From: Smithellaceae bacterium
GTDB lineage: Bacteria; Desulfobacterota; Syntrophia; Syntrophales; Smithellaceae
Length of the DNA stretch: 64,000 bases
Assembly (NCBI GenBank): GCA_963667845.2
Contig: CAXXVL010000002.1
Location: forward strand, 2,592,001 to 2,656,000
Direction: 5' to 3'
Positions 39,183-49,621 of this stretch are shown piece after piece. The translations under genes and the position numbers were made by a program. The notes below the pieces were generated by a model. The model saw only the letters and a program-made list of their open reading frames with translations, was not told the DNA's origin and did not search any database. Positions within the stretch are counted from its first letter, which is position 1, and every line of letters begins with the position of its first letter.

Positions 39183-40436
39183 TTAAAGCATTTCTATCGC
39201 CGTGGCCATCGAAACCCCGCCGCCGCCGCACAGCGTCGCCATACCCAGCGTCTTACCGTGTTTTTTCATGGCATGGATCAATGTGACCATAATGCGGCAG
39301 CCCGTGGAGCCGACCGGGTGCCCCAGCCCGATGCCCGATCCGTTGATGTTGGTGATCTCCCGGTTAATGCCGAGTTCCTTCTCGCAGCCCAGATACTGGC
39401 CGGCAAATGCTTCATTAACTTCCATCAGCTCAAAAGCATCCAGGGAAAGTCCCGGATCGTTTTTGAGCAGGTTTCTCACAGCCGGAACCGGGCTCAAACC
39501 CATGACGGAAGGATGGCACCCGCCGCGCGCGGAGGATCGTATCCTCGCGATCGGTTTCAATCCCAATTCTTTGGCTTTTTCGGCCGACATGATGATCATG
39601 GCGGAAGCGCCGTCGTTGAGCCCCGAGGAGTTGCCGGCCGTCACCTTGCCGACCTTGGGAATGAATGCGGGCGGCAGGGCCTGCAGCTGTTCCATTGTCA
39701 GGGCCGGGCGGAAATGCTCGTCCTTATCAAAAATAATGGGCGGCTTGCCTTTTTTCTGGGGGATCTCGATCGGGACGATCTCTTCTTTGAAATCGCCGTT
39801 CTTGGTGGCGCGCTCGACGTTGTTATGGCTGCGCAGGGCTACTTCATCCATTTCCTGGCGGCTGATATTCAGGAGCTGGGCGATCAGTTCCGTGGTATGG
39901 CCCATGATATAGGGTTTGCCCTTTAAGCTTTCGAAAGGTTGTCCTGATTTGACGGGGCCGTCGTCGCCAAGCGGCATGACATAGGAACCGCAATGCAGGG
40001 CGCGGATCATGGAATCGATAAAAACCGTGTCCTGAAGGCGGCAGCCCCAGCGGGCGTCGAAGCTCACATAGGGTGTACCGGACATATGTTCAACGCCTCC
40101 GGCTAAAATGATATCGGCCATGCCGGCTTTGATCATGGCCGTGCCGCTGAGGACGGCTTCCATCCCGGAAATACAGACGCGATTCAGCGTAACCGCGGTC
40201 ACTGTTTCCGGAATTCCGGCCATCAGTGCTCCTACGCGAGCGGTGTTAAGTGTATTACAGGATTCAATGCAGCAGCCAAACCGGACATCATCGATTATGG
40301 CGGGATCGATCCCGGCGCGCTTTACTGCTTCTTTCATCGCGACCGCTGCAATGCGGGCGCCGATCATGTCCTTTAATGTTCCTCCGAATGTTCCTATAGC
40401 CGTCCTGCACGCTGAAACAATGACTACATCTTTCAT
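39183..40436 (-). CDS. Acetyl-CoA C-acetyltransferase (thiolase)
   Basis: NRVCISG, NEAFA, GHPVG, LCGGGG. Confidence 0.95.
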   Translation of the reverse strand: MKDVVIVSACRTAIGTFGGTLKDMIGARIAAVAMKEAVKRAGIDPAIIDDVRFGCCIESCNTLNTARVGALMAGIPETVTAVTLNRVCISGMEAVLSGTAMIKAGMADIILAGGVEHMSGTPYVSFDARWGCRLQDTVFIDSMIRALHCGSYVMPLGDDGPVKSGQPFESLKGKPYIMGHTTELIAQLLNISRQEMDEVALRSHNNVERATKNGDFKEEIVPIEIPQKKGKPPIIFDKDEHFRPALTMEQLQALPPAFIPKVGKVTAGNSSGLNDGASAMIIMSAEKAKELGLKPIARIRSSARGGCHPSVMGLSPVPAVRNLLKNDPGLSLDAFELMEVNEAFAGQYLGCEKELGINREITNINGSGIGLGHPVGSTGCRIMVTLIHAMKKHGKTLGMATLCGGGGVSMATAIEML

Positions 40437-40775
40437 CGCATAATCTCCTTTTTAATTGGAATGGGGAACGTCCTGGCGCCGATCCGAGGGACCTGAAGCA
40501 TTGGTCCTCAATATGGCCAATCACCGGTTTGATCCATAAACCCCAAAAACGAGCTGTCTTTCTGTAATGAGAGTCGGGAAAGTTGTCAAGAAGTATCCTA
40601 AAAACATTCCAATTTTGTTGAGTTGCGTATTGAGCTTGATATGATCAGGGAATTAATGACCGAGATAGTTCTTTTATTGAAGAACTGGATTGGAAAGCAT
40701 GATATAAAGGTGCCCAAGGCGCAGGTTCGCGCGCCGGCAGGACTGACAAAATTTTGAAGATGAAGGGAGAATCTC

Positions 40776-41624
40776 ATGGACTACGAACAGATTCAATACA
40801 AGCCCGGCAAAGTGACGCAAATCATTTTCAACCGGCCCCAATACCTTAATGCCCAGAGCTATCAGATGCTTGCCGAGGTTGACCAGGCCTTCGATGCGGC
40901 CGTTGCCGACCAAAACTGCGGAGCCATTGTCCTATCCGGCGCGGGGCGGGCCTTTTCCGCGGGCCACGATCTGGGAACGAAGGAAGAAATCCAATATTGC
41001 CGGGAGCACGGCCTGACAGTGCCCAATGATGGAAACCTGCCGAAGAAGGTGGCGGACATGCGCGAATGGTTTGTGAAAAAGACATTAGACTGGCGCAATT
41101 GTCCGAAGCCGACCGTGGCCATGGTTCAAGGGTATTGCATTTACGGCGGTTGGATGCTGGCGGCGGCAATGGATGTCATTTTTGCCGCCGAGGATACCTT
41201 GTTTCTTCCCGGCATGGTTGAATACTTCTCCATTCCCTGGGATATGGGTCCGCGTAAAGCCAAGGAAATTCTTTTGGAGCACCGGTTTATTACCGCGGCT
41301 GAGGCCCTTTCCTGCGGGTTCGTCAATCGAATCTATCCACCCGACCAGTTGGAGAAAGAAACCCTGGCCTATGCCGGGCGCGTGGCTGAAAATCACCTCA
41401 TGGCTCCCGCGTGGACGCAGACAATTAAATCTTCAATTAATCACATGCAGGACACCATGGGGTTCAGCGCCGAAATCGAAGCAGCCTACGCGAGCTTCTG
41501 CCTGATGTTCGGACTCGGTGCCCATTCGGCAGCCAAACCCGAAGAGGGTGGCTTCGCCCGCACCGGTATTGCCCGCCGAAACTTTGAGTTGACCAAACCA
41601 TGGCTTTCCGGACGGAAGCTTTGA
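40776..41624 (+). CDS. Enoyl-CoA hydratase/isomerase family protein
   Basis: NRP..LNA, GRAFSAGHDL, KPTVAMVQG. Confidence 0.9.
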   Translation: MDYEQIQYKPGKVTQIIFNRPQYLNAQSYQMLAEVDQAFDAAVADQNCGAIVLSGAGRAFSAGHDLGTKEEIQYCREHGLTVPNDGNLPKKVADMREWFVKKTLDWRNCPKPTVAMVQGYCIYGGWMLAAAMDVIFAAEDTLFLPGMVEYFSIPWDMGPRKAKEILLEHRFITAAEALSCGFVNRIYPPDQLEKETLAYAGRVAENHLMAPAWTQTIKSSINHMQDTMGFSAEIEAAYASFCLMFGLGAHSAAKPEEGGFARTGIARRNFELTKPWLSGRKL

Positions 41625-41768
41625 TCGGGATTTCATTATGACCCCCATAGAATCAATTTATTGTGATTTTCCGGAATACGGGTGAAGAGAAATAAGAGGT
41701 TGCGGAAAGTGCCGCACGCTTATCGGTAGTTCATGTACCTTAAATGCTTTAGGAAAAAAGGAGAATAA

Positions 41769-42632
41769 ATGAGTTGGGTTTCAATCGACAAAACGAAATG
41801 TAACAACTGCGGCCTCTGTGTTCTTCGCTGCCCCGGAGTTTACAGCAAAGTGGATGACAAAATCGTCGCGCAGGCGGATGCAAGCAACTGCATCGCCTGT
41901 GGGCATTGCATATCGTTGTGCACATCTCAGGCGATCGTCCACAGTGAAATGAACATGGAAAATTTCCCCGTCGCCGATGAGGAGGCCAACTTTGAGACGG
42001 GAAAATTTATTCAATTCATCCGGAGCCGGCGAAGCCACCGGCACTTTAAAAGTAAAGCGATCCCCCGCGCTGATCTGGAAACATTGATCGACGCGTGCCG
42101 CTATGCACCCACGGGCGGTAATGCCCAATCCATTGAGATCATCGTCCTGGAGAACCGTGAAAAGATAAAGAGACTTTCCGATTACACCATCGATTTCTTT
42201 ATCAATGCAGGAGATAAAGTCCCTCAGATCATCGAGCAGCTGGCCGCAGAAGGAAAAGAGCCACCCCAGAGCCTGGCCAGAATCCGGCAGTATGGGGAGA
42301 GATTCAAGCTGGCCAGGGAAGCGGGGAAAGATCCGATTTTCCATGAGGCCCCCGTCGTTATGATTTTTCATGCTCCGCCGGACCGGGGTGCACCCAAGGA
42401 CGATTGTGTCATCGCTTCCACAACCATGAGTCTGCTGGCCAGGACCATGGGCATTGAATCCACGTATATCGGTCTTCTTGTCGGTGCGGCGAGCGGCAAT
42501 CGGGAAATTCATTCCGAACTGCGGCTCCCGCCGGGAAACGAGATCTTATCCGCACTGGTCATGGGCTACCCACGGCTAAAGTATCAATATGCCGTCGATC
42601 GCAAACCGATCCAGGCACGATGGGAGCTATAA
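41769..42632 (+). CDS. Nitroreductase with N-terminal ferredoxin domain
   Basis: CNNCGLC / CIACGHC, RRSHRHF, APTGGN. Confidence 0.9.
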   Translation: MSWVSIDKTKCNNCGLCVLRCPGVYSKVDDKIVAQADASNCIACGHCISLCTSQAIVHSEMNMENFPVADEEANFETGKFIQFIRSRRSHRHFKSKAIPRADLETLIDACRYAPTGGNAQSIEIIVLENREKIKRLSDYTIDFFINAGDKVPQIIEQLAAEGKEPPQSLARIRQYGERFKLAREAGKDPIFHEAPVVMIFHAPPDRGAPKDDCVIASTTMSLLARTMGIESTYIGLLVGAASGNREIHSELRLPPGNEILSALVMGYPRLKYQYAVDRKPIQARWEL

Positions 42633-42719
42633 CATTGCGGAGATTTATAAACCTGTTCGAGTTATCGGCTTTGATGCCGCATTCGTATTGAAACAAACCA
42701 TCATAGGAGGAGATAAATC

Positions 42720-43721
42720 ATGAGTCAAAAAATGTTTAAGGCATTTGTCGCTGCAGAAGGCAAAGACAACACGTTTGTGCGGGAGATTAAGGAGCGGAGT
42801 CTTGATGACCTTCCGCAAGGTGATGTCCTCGTCCGGGTCAAGTATTCATCGATCAACTACAAGGATGTTCTTTCTTCTACCGGAAATCGGGGCGTCACCA
42901 AGAAGTATCCGCATACGCCGGGAATCGACGCTGCCGGTATCGTGGAAGAAAGCTCGAGCAGCGACTTTTCGGCAGGTGATGAAGTCATTGTCACCAGCTA
43001 TGATCTGGGGATGAACACCAGCGGAGGGTTCGGCCAGTATATCCGCGTGCCGGCTGACTGGGTCGTGAAGAAGCCCGCGAACCTCTCCCTGCGCGAGAGC
43101 ATGATTTTCGGCACGGCGGGATTTACAGCGGGCCTTTCCCTTTACAAGCTCTTTGGTTCCGGCATAAAGCCTGGCGATGGACCGGTGCTGGTTTCGGGCG
43201 CGACGGGCGGGGTCGGCAGCATTGCCGTTTCTATCCTCGCCAAACAAAAGTATGACGTGGCGGCGGTCAATGGCATCGTGGACGAAAAGGAATACCTCCT
43301 CAAACTCGGAGCAAAGACCGTGGTCAGCATCGCGGAAGCAACCGACACGAGCAACAGGCCGCTTCTGAAAGGGCTCTGGGCGGGCGGCATTGACACCCTG
43401 GGTGGTCCGATTCTGGCGACGACGCTCAAATCCATGCTGTACGGCGCTACCGTGACCTGCTGCGGGAATGCCGGTTCTCCCGATCTGCCCACAAACGTCT
43501 ATCCCTTCATCCTGAGGGGCGTAACCCTGATCGGCATTGATTCCCAGAATTGTCCCATGCCGACGCGCCGGAAAGTATGGGAGAAGATCGCCACGGAATG
43601 GAAACTGGATAATCTGGAGGCGTTGACAACGGAGATCTCTCTGGAAGGAGTGAATGATCGAATCCAGATGATTCTGCAGGAAAAGCACAAGGGGAGGACG
43701 CTGGTACGATTGCCGGATTAA
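42720..43721 (+). CDS. YhdH/YhfP family quinone oxidoreductase (acryloyl-CoA reductase-like)
   Basis: YSSINYKD, PGIDAAG, GTAGFTA, SGATGGVGS, PFILRGV.L.GIDS. Confidence 0.92.
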   Translation: MSQKMFKAFVAAEGKDNTFVREIKERSLDDLPQGDVLVRVKYSSINYKDVLSSTGNRGVTKKYPHTPGIDAAGIVEESSSSDFSAGDEVIVTSYDLGMNTSGGFGQYIRVPADWVVKKPANLSLRESMIFGTAGFTAGLSLYKLFGSGIKPGDGPVLVSGATGGVGSIAVSILAKQKYDVAAVNGIVDEKEYLLKLGAKTVVSIAEATDTSNRPLLKGLWAGGIDTLGGPILATTLKSMLYGATVTCCGNAGSPDLPTNVYPFILRGVTLIGIDSQNCPMPTRRKVWEKIATEWKLDNLEALTTEISLEGVNDRIQMILQEKHKGRTLVRLPD

Positions 43722-43884
43722 ACTTCGGTGAAATGCTGCCCTATTCGGATTGTCACCCTTGGGGCCCTGGGGGGAAAACGCGTTTTGGCCCAATGATCAC
43801 GATTAAATTGCCGGGTGGGATTCGATCCCGATGTTTCTTCATCGTGAGGATTTAAAAAGCAGGGATTGGGAAAGAAGCTAAAAA

Positions 43885-43929
43885 TAAAAAAAAGGGTTTA
43901 AGCGTCTATCGCCTAAACCCTTTTTTATT
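43885..43929. terminator. Bidirectional terminator downstream of tRNA-Asn
   Basis: A-tract-GGGTTTAAGCG...CGCCTAAACCC-T-tract. Confidence 0.8.
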
Positions 43930-43930
43930 C

Positions 43931-44006
43931 TGGCTCCCCAGCGCGGACTCGAACCACGGACATGCTGGTTAACAGCCAGCCGCTCTACCGACTGAGCTAC
44001 TGGGGA
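43931..44006 (-). tRNA. tRNA-Asn (GTT)
   Basis: 76-nt cloverleaf TCCCCAGTAGCTCAGTCGGTAGAGC...CTGTTAA...GTTCGAG...GGGGAGCCA with encoded CCA. Confidence 0.97.
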
Positions 44007-44186
44007 ACATGTATCTATTCGGTAACGTTTTGAATCTTTTCCTTTGAATGCATCGGGAAAAAATTCAGCGGCTACATAATACAAGTCTTGACGGATGTCA
44101 ACAAATTCAATTAAATATTTGATACTCGTGTGCCGTAAGTTTTGCGGAGAGCTGAACGTTTGGAAAAAGATTATCCAAAACAAAGA

Positions 44187-44296
44187 TTTGAACCCCACTG
44201 ACGCGGGACGAGTGTTAATTCTCCTGTCGCTTGCTGCGAAATAATGACGGTCATTTCATGCCTCGACAGCTTGCTGCGAGATTGTTGATTTGCCAT
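44187..44296 (-). repeat. Dispersed about 105-bp palindromic repeat, copy 2
   Basis: Reverse complement aligns with 37358-37465. Confidence 0.85.
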
Positions 44297-44362
44297 TCAT
44301 CATTATCTTGCCTCAAATTCCGGGATACGATATAAACGCCCATCACTGATATTGGACACCGA

Positions 44363-45496
44363 ATGAAAAAGCGATACAGCAGTCAGCAAAAACTGAAAAA
44401 AAACGTATTAGAACAAAACCTTTGCACCGGTTGCGGAGCCTGCGTCAATCTGTGCCCTTACCAGGTCGTCCACGCCGACCGGACGGTGCAGCTTTTTGAC
44501 TGCGATCTTACGGACGGCAAATGTTACACGTTTTGTCCCCGGACGTCCGCTGACCATAAAAAAATCAGGGAAAGTCTTTTTGACATCAATGATTTGACGC
44601 CGGAAATCGGCGCCGTCAAAGGATATTACTTGTCCAGAGCCGCCGATTCTCAATTGCGGGCAAGGACCCAGCACGGCGGAACGGTTACGGCCCTTCTGGA
44701 GACGGCAATGGCCGAAGGATTAATCAACTCGGCAATCGTGGCTTCATTGGGCGAGGCCCTGGAGCAGGAGGGCAGGCTCGTCGAAAATCCGGCTGACCTG
44801 CGCGACCGGGCCAAAAGCAGATTTACCGTATCGCCGACCATCGCCGCTTTCAATCGCCTGCCGGAGGGCAGTGCCGGCAAAGTAGGCGTTGTGGGAACGC
44901 CCTGCCAGGCGCTGGCTCTGGCAAAGATGAGAACGGCGAACATTTCCGGCTACACCAAAATCGAGTCGCTTGGTCTGGTCATCGGCCTTTTCTGCGGTTG
45001 GACGCTCGCCCGGGAAAAATTTCAGGCTCTCCTTAACAAGTATCAAATACGTGTCGAAGCGCTCTGCGGGATGGATATTCCCGCCGGGAAGAATATTCTG
45101 GAGCTGTACACGGATTCGGCTGTAACAGCCGTACCGATGACGGAAGTGGATGCCTGCTTGCGAACAGCCTGCCGGTATTGCGTGGACAGTACGGCCGAAT
45201 TTGCCGATCTTTCTGTCGGGGCGGCACGGTTTGGCGAGGACGTGAAAGAGATGCGCGGCTGGAATCAGATCATCGTGCGTAGCGTTCGGGGCAGGAATTT
45301 GCTGGATCTGGCTCTGAAAAGAGGAATTCTGGAGATTCGCGAAGCGCCGGCGGCGGCGCTCGCGGAATTAAAGAAGGCTGCGGCGGATAAGAAAAGAAAG
45401 GCGCTTACGAACATTGTGGGAAAAAGCCGGTCAGCGAAGAATTTATTATATCTTAAAGGCGATGATCCGGCGGTTAAGAAATATTTAAAGATATAG
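44363..45496 (+). CDS. Coenzyme F420 hydrogenase/dehydrogenase beta subunit (FrhB/FdhB) family FeS flavoprotein
   Basis: CTGCGACVNLCP, QHGGTVT, VGTPCQ, IGLFC, CRYC.D.TAE.AD.SVG. Confidence 0.85.
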   Translation: MKKRYSSQQKLKKNVLEQNLCTGCGACVNLCPYQVVHADRTVQLFDCDLTDGKCYTFCPRTSADHKKIRESLFDINDLTPEIGAVKGYYLSRAADSQLRARTQHGGTVTALLETAMAEGLINSAIVASLGEALEQEGRLVENPADLRDRAKSRFTVSPTIAAFNRLPEGSAGKVGVVGTPCQALALAKMRTANISGYTKIESLGLVIGLFCGWTLAREKFQALLNKYQIRVEALCGMDIPAGKNILELYTDSAVTAVPMTEVDACLRTACRYCVDSTAEFADLSVGAARFGEDVKEMRGWNQIIVRSVRGRNLLDLALKRGILEIREAPAAALAELKKAAADKKRKALTNIVGKSRSAKNLLYLKGDDPAVKKYLKI

Positions 45497-45576
45497 ATGA
45501 GCGATCTTGCCACCTTCCTGGCGGCCGTGAGCGTTTTTTGCAATTCATGGCGCAGCGGAAGAAAAGAATTGGATTT

Positions 45577-47529
45577 ATGAATAAATTATTATCACCGGCC
45601 AAATCGAAAGTTTTATTCCTGGGCAATGAAGCGATTGCGCGGGGCGCTCTGGAAGCGGGCATTCAGGTTGCCACGGGGTATCCGGGAACGCCGTCTTCCG
45701 AAGTCATCGAATCGCTGGCCGCCGTCGCCGGCGAAAGAAATTTGTATGTGGAATGGTCGGTCAATGAAAAAGTTGCCCTGGAAGTGGCGGCGGCCGCATC
45801 CTTTGCCGGTTTGCGGTCGATGGCCGTGATGAAGCAAAACGGTGTCAACGTCGCTTCGGATTTCCTGCTGCACCTGACGGCGTCGGGGACGCGCGGCGGG
45901 CTGGTTCTGGTGTCCTGTGAAGATCCGGGCGCGCTCTCCAGCGTCAATGAAGGTGAATCGCGCTATTTCGCAAGAATGCTGGAAATGCCGCTTCTGGAAC
46001 CCGCGGATTTTCAGGAAGCAAAGGATTTGACACGCTGGGCGTTCGAATTGTCCGAGCAAATCGGCAATGTCGTCATGCTGCGCTCCGTGACGCGCATGTC
46101 GCATGCCAGCGGCAATGTGATCTGCGGCAAGCTGCCGACAAAGTCCCGCCGGCCGCATTTTGAATACGGCGGGTCGGCGATGGATTCGAGCTGCGGCCCG
46201 ATGATCAGCACACCGGTTGTGGCCAAGCATCTGCTGCATCAGCAAAAGCTCAAAGAGGTTGAATCGCTGTTCGAGAAAAGTCCTTTCAACCGTTATGCCG
46301 GCGCCGCGAAACCGGAACTGCTCATCATCACGAGCAGTGCATGTTTCCTTTATGCGGAGGAAGCCGTCGCAATGCTCGGCGTGCAAAAGCGGGTGGGGAT
46401 TCTGAAGCTTTCGACAACCTGGCCTCTGCCGCCTGAAATGCTGGAAAAGAGCCTCCGCAGAACAAACAAGATTTTGATCGTCGAAGAAGTGATGCCGTTT
46501 CTTGAAGAAAACGTGAAAGTTCTGGCCGCGGGACTCGCGGGCCGGACCGGCGTCAAAACATTTTTCGGCAAATACGATGGAACACTGCCTTCGGCAGGCG
46601 AACTCAATCCCGATATTGTCGCCGATGCGCTGGGAAGAATTTTGAAGGTCAAACGCAAGTCTGTTCCTGCGCCTTATGCTGCGGAAGCGAAGAAAGCTGC
46701 GGCGCTGGTTCCGGTCCGCGAGCAGACGTTTTGCGCGGGCTGTCCGCACCGGGCGTCCTTCTGGAACATTCACAACGCCATTGCGCGAGATGGCCGCCAG
46801 GGGTTTGTCTGCGGCGATATCGGCTGCTATTCGATGGCGGCGCTCTCGCCCGCGACCGGCTATCACACGATGCCCACGCTGCATTCGATGGGGTCCGGTA
46901 CGGGCCTGGCGAGCGGGTTTGCGAAGCTCGCAAAATTCGGCTTCGATAAACCGATTCTGACGGTCTGCGGCGACTCCACATTCTATCACGCCGTTATCCC
47001 GGCGCTGATCAACGCCCAGCACCACCTGGCGGATATTACCTTTATTGTGCTCGACAATGCGGGAACGGCGATGACCGGTTTTCAGCCGCATCCGGGCCTG
47101 GAAGTGAGCGCACTTCGGGAAATCGTTCCGGCAATCGAGATTGCGGCTATCTGCAAGGCCATCGGGGCAAAGGTGGCGGTTGCCGATCCGTTCGATCTTA
47201 AAGCCACCGGCAGAATTCTCACGGATTTTCTGGCGGACAAGGGGTCGGTCAATGTGCTCATCCTGCGCCAGTCCTGCGCGCTCAGCCCGGAGAAAAAAGG
47301 AAAGAAAACGTTTGATGTGAAAGTGAACGAGACTTTATGTCTGGGCGACGCCTGCGGCTGCAATCGGTTATGCACCAGAATTTTCCGCTGCCCCGCCCTG
47401 ACCTGGGATCGGATCAAAAAGAAAGCGGTGGTCGATGAGGTGATCTGTGCCGGATGCGGCGTTTGCACGTCCATCTGCCCCCAGCAGGCGATCGTCAAGA
47501 CGCAGGAAATGAAAAAGAATGAGAACTAA
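45577..47529 (+). CDS. iorA: Indolepyruvate:ferredoxin oxidoreductase alpha subunit
   Basis: LGNEAIARGA, GYPGTPSSE, NEKVA, CAGCPHR, GDIGCY, GDSTF, C-terminal ferredoxin. Confidence 0.93.
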   Translation: MNKLLSPAKSKVLFLGNEAIARGALEAGIQVATGYPGTPSSEVIESLAAVAGERNLYVEWSVNEKVALEVAAAASFAGLRSMAVMKQNGVNVASDFLLHLTASGTRGGLVLVSCEDPGALSSVNEGESRYFARMLEMPLLEPADFQEAKDLTRWAFELSEQIGNVVMLRSVTRMSHASGNVICGKLPTKSRRPHFEYGGSAMDSSCGPMISTPVVAKHLLHQQKLKEVESLFEKSPFNRYAGAAKPELLIITSSACFLYAEEAVAMLGVQKRVGILKLSTTWPLPPEMLEKSLRRTNKILIVEEVMPFLEENVKVLAAGLAGRTGVKTFFGKYDGTLPSAGELNPDIVADALGRILKVKRKSVPAPYAAEAKKAAALVPVREQTFCAGCPHRASFWNIHNAIARDGRQGFVCGDIGCYSMAALSPATGYHTMPTLHSMGSGTGLASGFAKLAKFGFDKPILTVCGDSTFYHAVIPALINAQHHLADITFIVLDNAGTAMTGFQPHPGLEVSALREIVPAIEIAAICKAIGAKVAVADPFDLKATGRILTDFLADKGSVNVLILRQSCALSPEKKGKKTFDVKVNETLCLGDACGCNRLCTRIFRCPALTWDRIKKKAVVDEVICAGCGVCTSICPQQAIVKTQEMKKNEN

Positions 47530-48133
47530 AACTCAGAAAGTTACAAAAAACCTGATCCTGACGGGCGTCGGGGGGCAGGGGAATGTCCTGGCCTCCAGAA
47601 CCCTGGCAGGCATGCTGGTGGACGCGGGATACGTTGTAACGATCGGCGAAACATTCGGCATGTCGCAGAGAGGCGGGTCGGTGATGAGTCATCTGCGCAT
47701 CTCGCCCGACTCGGTGAGAAGTCCGCAGATTCCGCGAGGCGGGGCGGATGTGATCGTCGCCCTGGAGCCGCTCGAAGCCCTGCGCGTGTTGACCGTTTAC
47801 GGCAATCCGCAGGTTTGTGTTTTGTCGAATTCACGGCCTGTTTATCCCATTGGCGTCATTACCGGCGAACTTGCTTATCCGTCCGATGAGGCCATCCGGT
47901 CGTCGTTTGAACGACTGTCGGCGTCGTTCTGGATGATTGATGCGACAGCGGTCGGTCTTGACCTGGGCAACCCCGTTTTAAGCAATATCGTCATGATCGG
48001 AGCCCTGGCTAAAACAGGACTTCTCCCTTTTGACCGCGGGATGTTTGAAAGAGAAATAAGAAAGACGATGCCGGCCCAGAAATGCGCCGTAAATCTGACA
48101 GCTTTTGATGCCGGTGCCGGCATGATCAAATAA
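47519..48133 (+). CDS. iorB: Indolepyruvate:ferredoxin oxidoreductase beta subunit
   Basis: GVGGQG, GMSQRGGSV, NIVMIGA. Confidence 0.92.
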   Translation: MRTKTQKVTKNLILTGVGGQGNVLASRTLAGMLVDAGYVVTIGETFGMSQRGGSVMSHLRISPDSVRSPQIPRGGADVIVALEPLEALRVLTVYGNPQVCVLSNSRPVYPIGVITGELAYPSDEAIRSSFERLSASFWMIDATAVGLDLGNPVLSNIVMIGALAKTGLLPFDRGMFEREIRKTMPAQKCAVNLTAFDAGAGMIK

Positions 48134-48198
48134 TGGTTGACGGCATATCATTGAAGCTTATATTACATTCCCGATAACTTTACTTAAGGTGCTTAACC

Positions 48199-49407
48199 AT
48201 GACGAACATCTATTCTGCAGTCAAAGTCAGTGATCATGTCTACTGGGTGGGAGCCATCGACTGGTCCATCCGCGATTTCCACGGTTACACCACGCCGCAC
48301 GGCAGCACTTATAACGCCTACCTGGTGATGGCGGACAAGGTCACGCTCATCGATTCCGTCAAAGCGCCGTTCATGCAGGAAATGCTGGCGCGGATTGCCT
48401 CGGTGATCGATCCGGCAAAAATTGACTATATTGTTTCCAACCACTCCGAACAGGATCATTCCGGCTGCCTGCATGAGGTGATTGACCGGGTGAAGCCGGA
48501 AAAAGTATTTGCATCAGCGATGGGCGTCAAAACGTTGAAAGACATTTTTCACGGGAACTGCGATATCCGGCCGGTCAAGGATGGCGAAAAATTATCGCTG
48601 GGCAATATGGATCTGCAGTTCATGGAAACCCGGATGATTCATTGGCCGGATTCGATGTTTTCGTATCTGGATAAGGACGGTGTCCTTTTCTCGCAGGATG
48701 CTTTCGGCATGCACCTCGCAACATTTGAGCGGTTTGCCGATGAACTGCCGCCGGACGAACTCGAATATGAAGCGGCGACCTATTATGCCAATATCGTTTT
48801 GCCGTACTCGCCGGTCGTTTTGAAAACACTGGAGAGAGTTTCCGCGACCGGCTGGGCCGTCAAGATGTTCGCGCCGGACCACGGCCCGATTTGGCGAAAA
48901 GATCTGAATGTGATTGTTAATCTATACAAGAGGTGGGCGAGTCAGAAGCCCGGCAACAAAGCGGTTGTTGTTTACGCGACGATGTGGCACTCCACCGAAA
49001 TGATGGCCAAGGCCATCGCTGAAGCGCTGGCTGCCTCGGGACTTCGGGTGCGACTTCTCTCCATGAATGATGTGCACCGCAGTGAAGTCGTCTATGAAGT
49101 TCTGGAGGCGGGGGCATTGATTGTCGGGTCACCGACGCTCAACAACAATATCCTGCCGCAGATGGCGGATGTGATGACTTATCTCAAGGGCCTGAAGCCC
49201 GCCAATCTGATCGGTGCGGCTTTCGGTTCCTTCGGCTGGAGCGGTGAATCGGTCAAGGATCTGGAGGCGATGCTCAAAGAAATGAAAGTAGAAATCGTCG
49301 CTGACCCGGTTTCCGCAAAGCATGTGCCGGGAGAAGATATTCTGGAAAGATGCGCCCATATGGGCAGAGCAATTGCGGCGGAATTAAAGAAAAGAATTTC
49401 TCATTAG
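48199..49407 (+). CDS. fprA: Flavodiiron protein (FprA/Roo)
   Basis: GSTYNAYL, HSEQDHSG, HWPDSM, PDHG, C-terminal flavodoxin FGSFGWSG. Confidence 0.95.
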   Translation: MTNIYSAVKVSDHVYWVGAIDWSIRDFHGYTTPHGSTYNAYLVMADKVTLIDSVKAPFMQEMLARIASVIDPAKIDYIVSNHSEQDHSGCLHEVIDRVKPEKVFASAMGVKTLKDIFHGNCDIRPVKDGEKLSLGNMDLQFMETRMIHWPDSMFSYLDKDGVLFSQDAFGMHLATFERFADELPPDELEYEAATYYANIVLPYSPVVLKTLERVSATGWAVKMFAPDHGPIWRKDLNVIVNLYKRWASQKPGNKAVVVYATMWHSTEMMAKAIAEALAASGLRVRLLSMNDVHRSEVVYEVLEAGALIVGSPTLNNNILPQMADVMTYLKGLKPANLIGAAFGSFGWSGESVKDLEAMLKEMKVEIVADPVSAKHVPGEDILERCAHMGRAIAAELKKRISH

Positions 49408-49436
49408 AATGATCTCGGGTTTCAAGGAGGCGAAAA

Positions 49437-49595
49437 ATGAAAAAGTATGTGTGTGGTGTGTGCGGTTATGAATATGATCCGGCCAAAGGCGATCCGGAAA
49501 ACGGCGTACCCAAAGGAACCGAATTTAAAGACTTGCCGGAAGACTGGTGCTGTCCTGTTTGCGGCGCGGATAAGAGTGAGTTTGCACCGGCCTGA
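49437..49595 (+). CDS. Rubredoxin, 52 aa (absent from the ORF track)
   Basis: [19 protein letters not shown]...[21 protein letters not shown]. Confidence 0.96.
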   Translation: MKKYVCGVCGYEYDPAKGDPENGVPKGTEFKDLPEDWCCPVCGADKSEFAPA

Positions 49596-49621
49596 CAGGA
49601 CCGACCCAGAGGAGCAAATCT

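Noticed and set aside
43811..43832. tRNA T-arm-like GGGATTCGATCCC near tRNA-Asn, as a possible att remnant
   Set aside because: It does not match the tRNA-Asn 3' end, forms no cloverleaf, and no integrase is nearby
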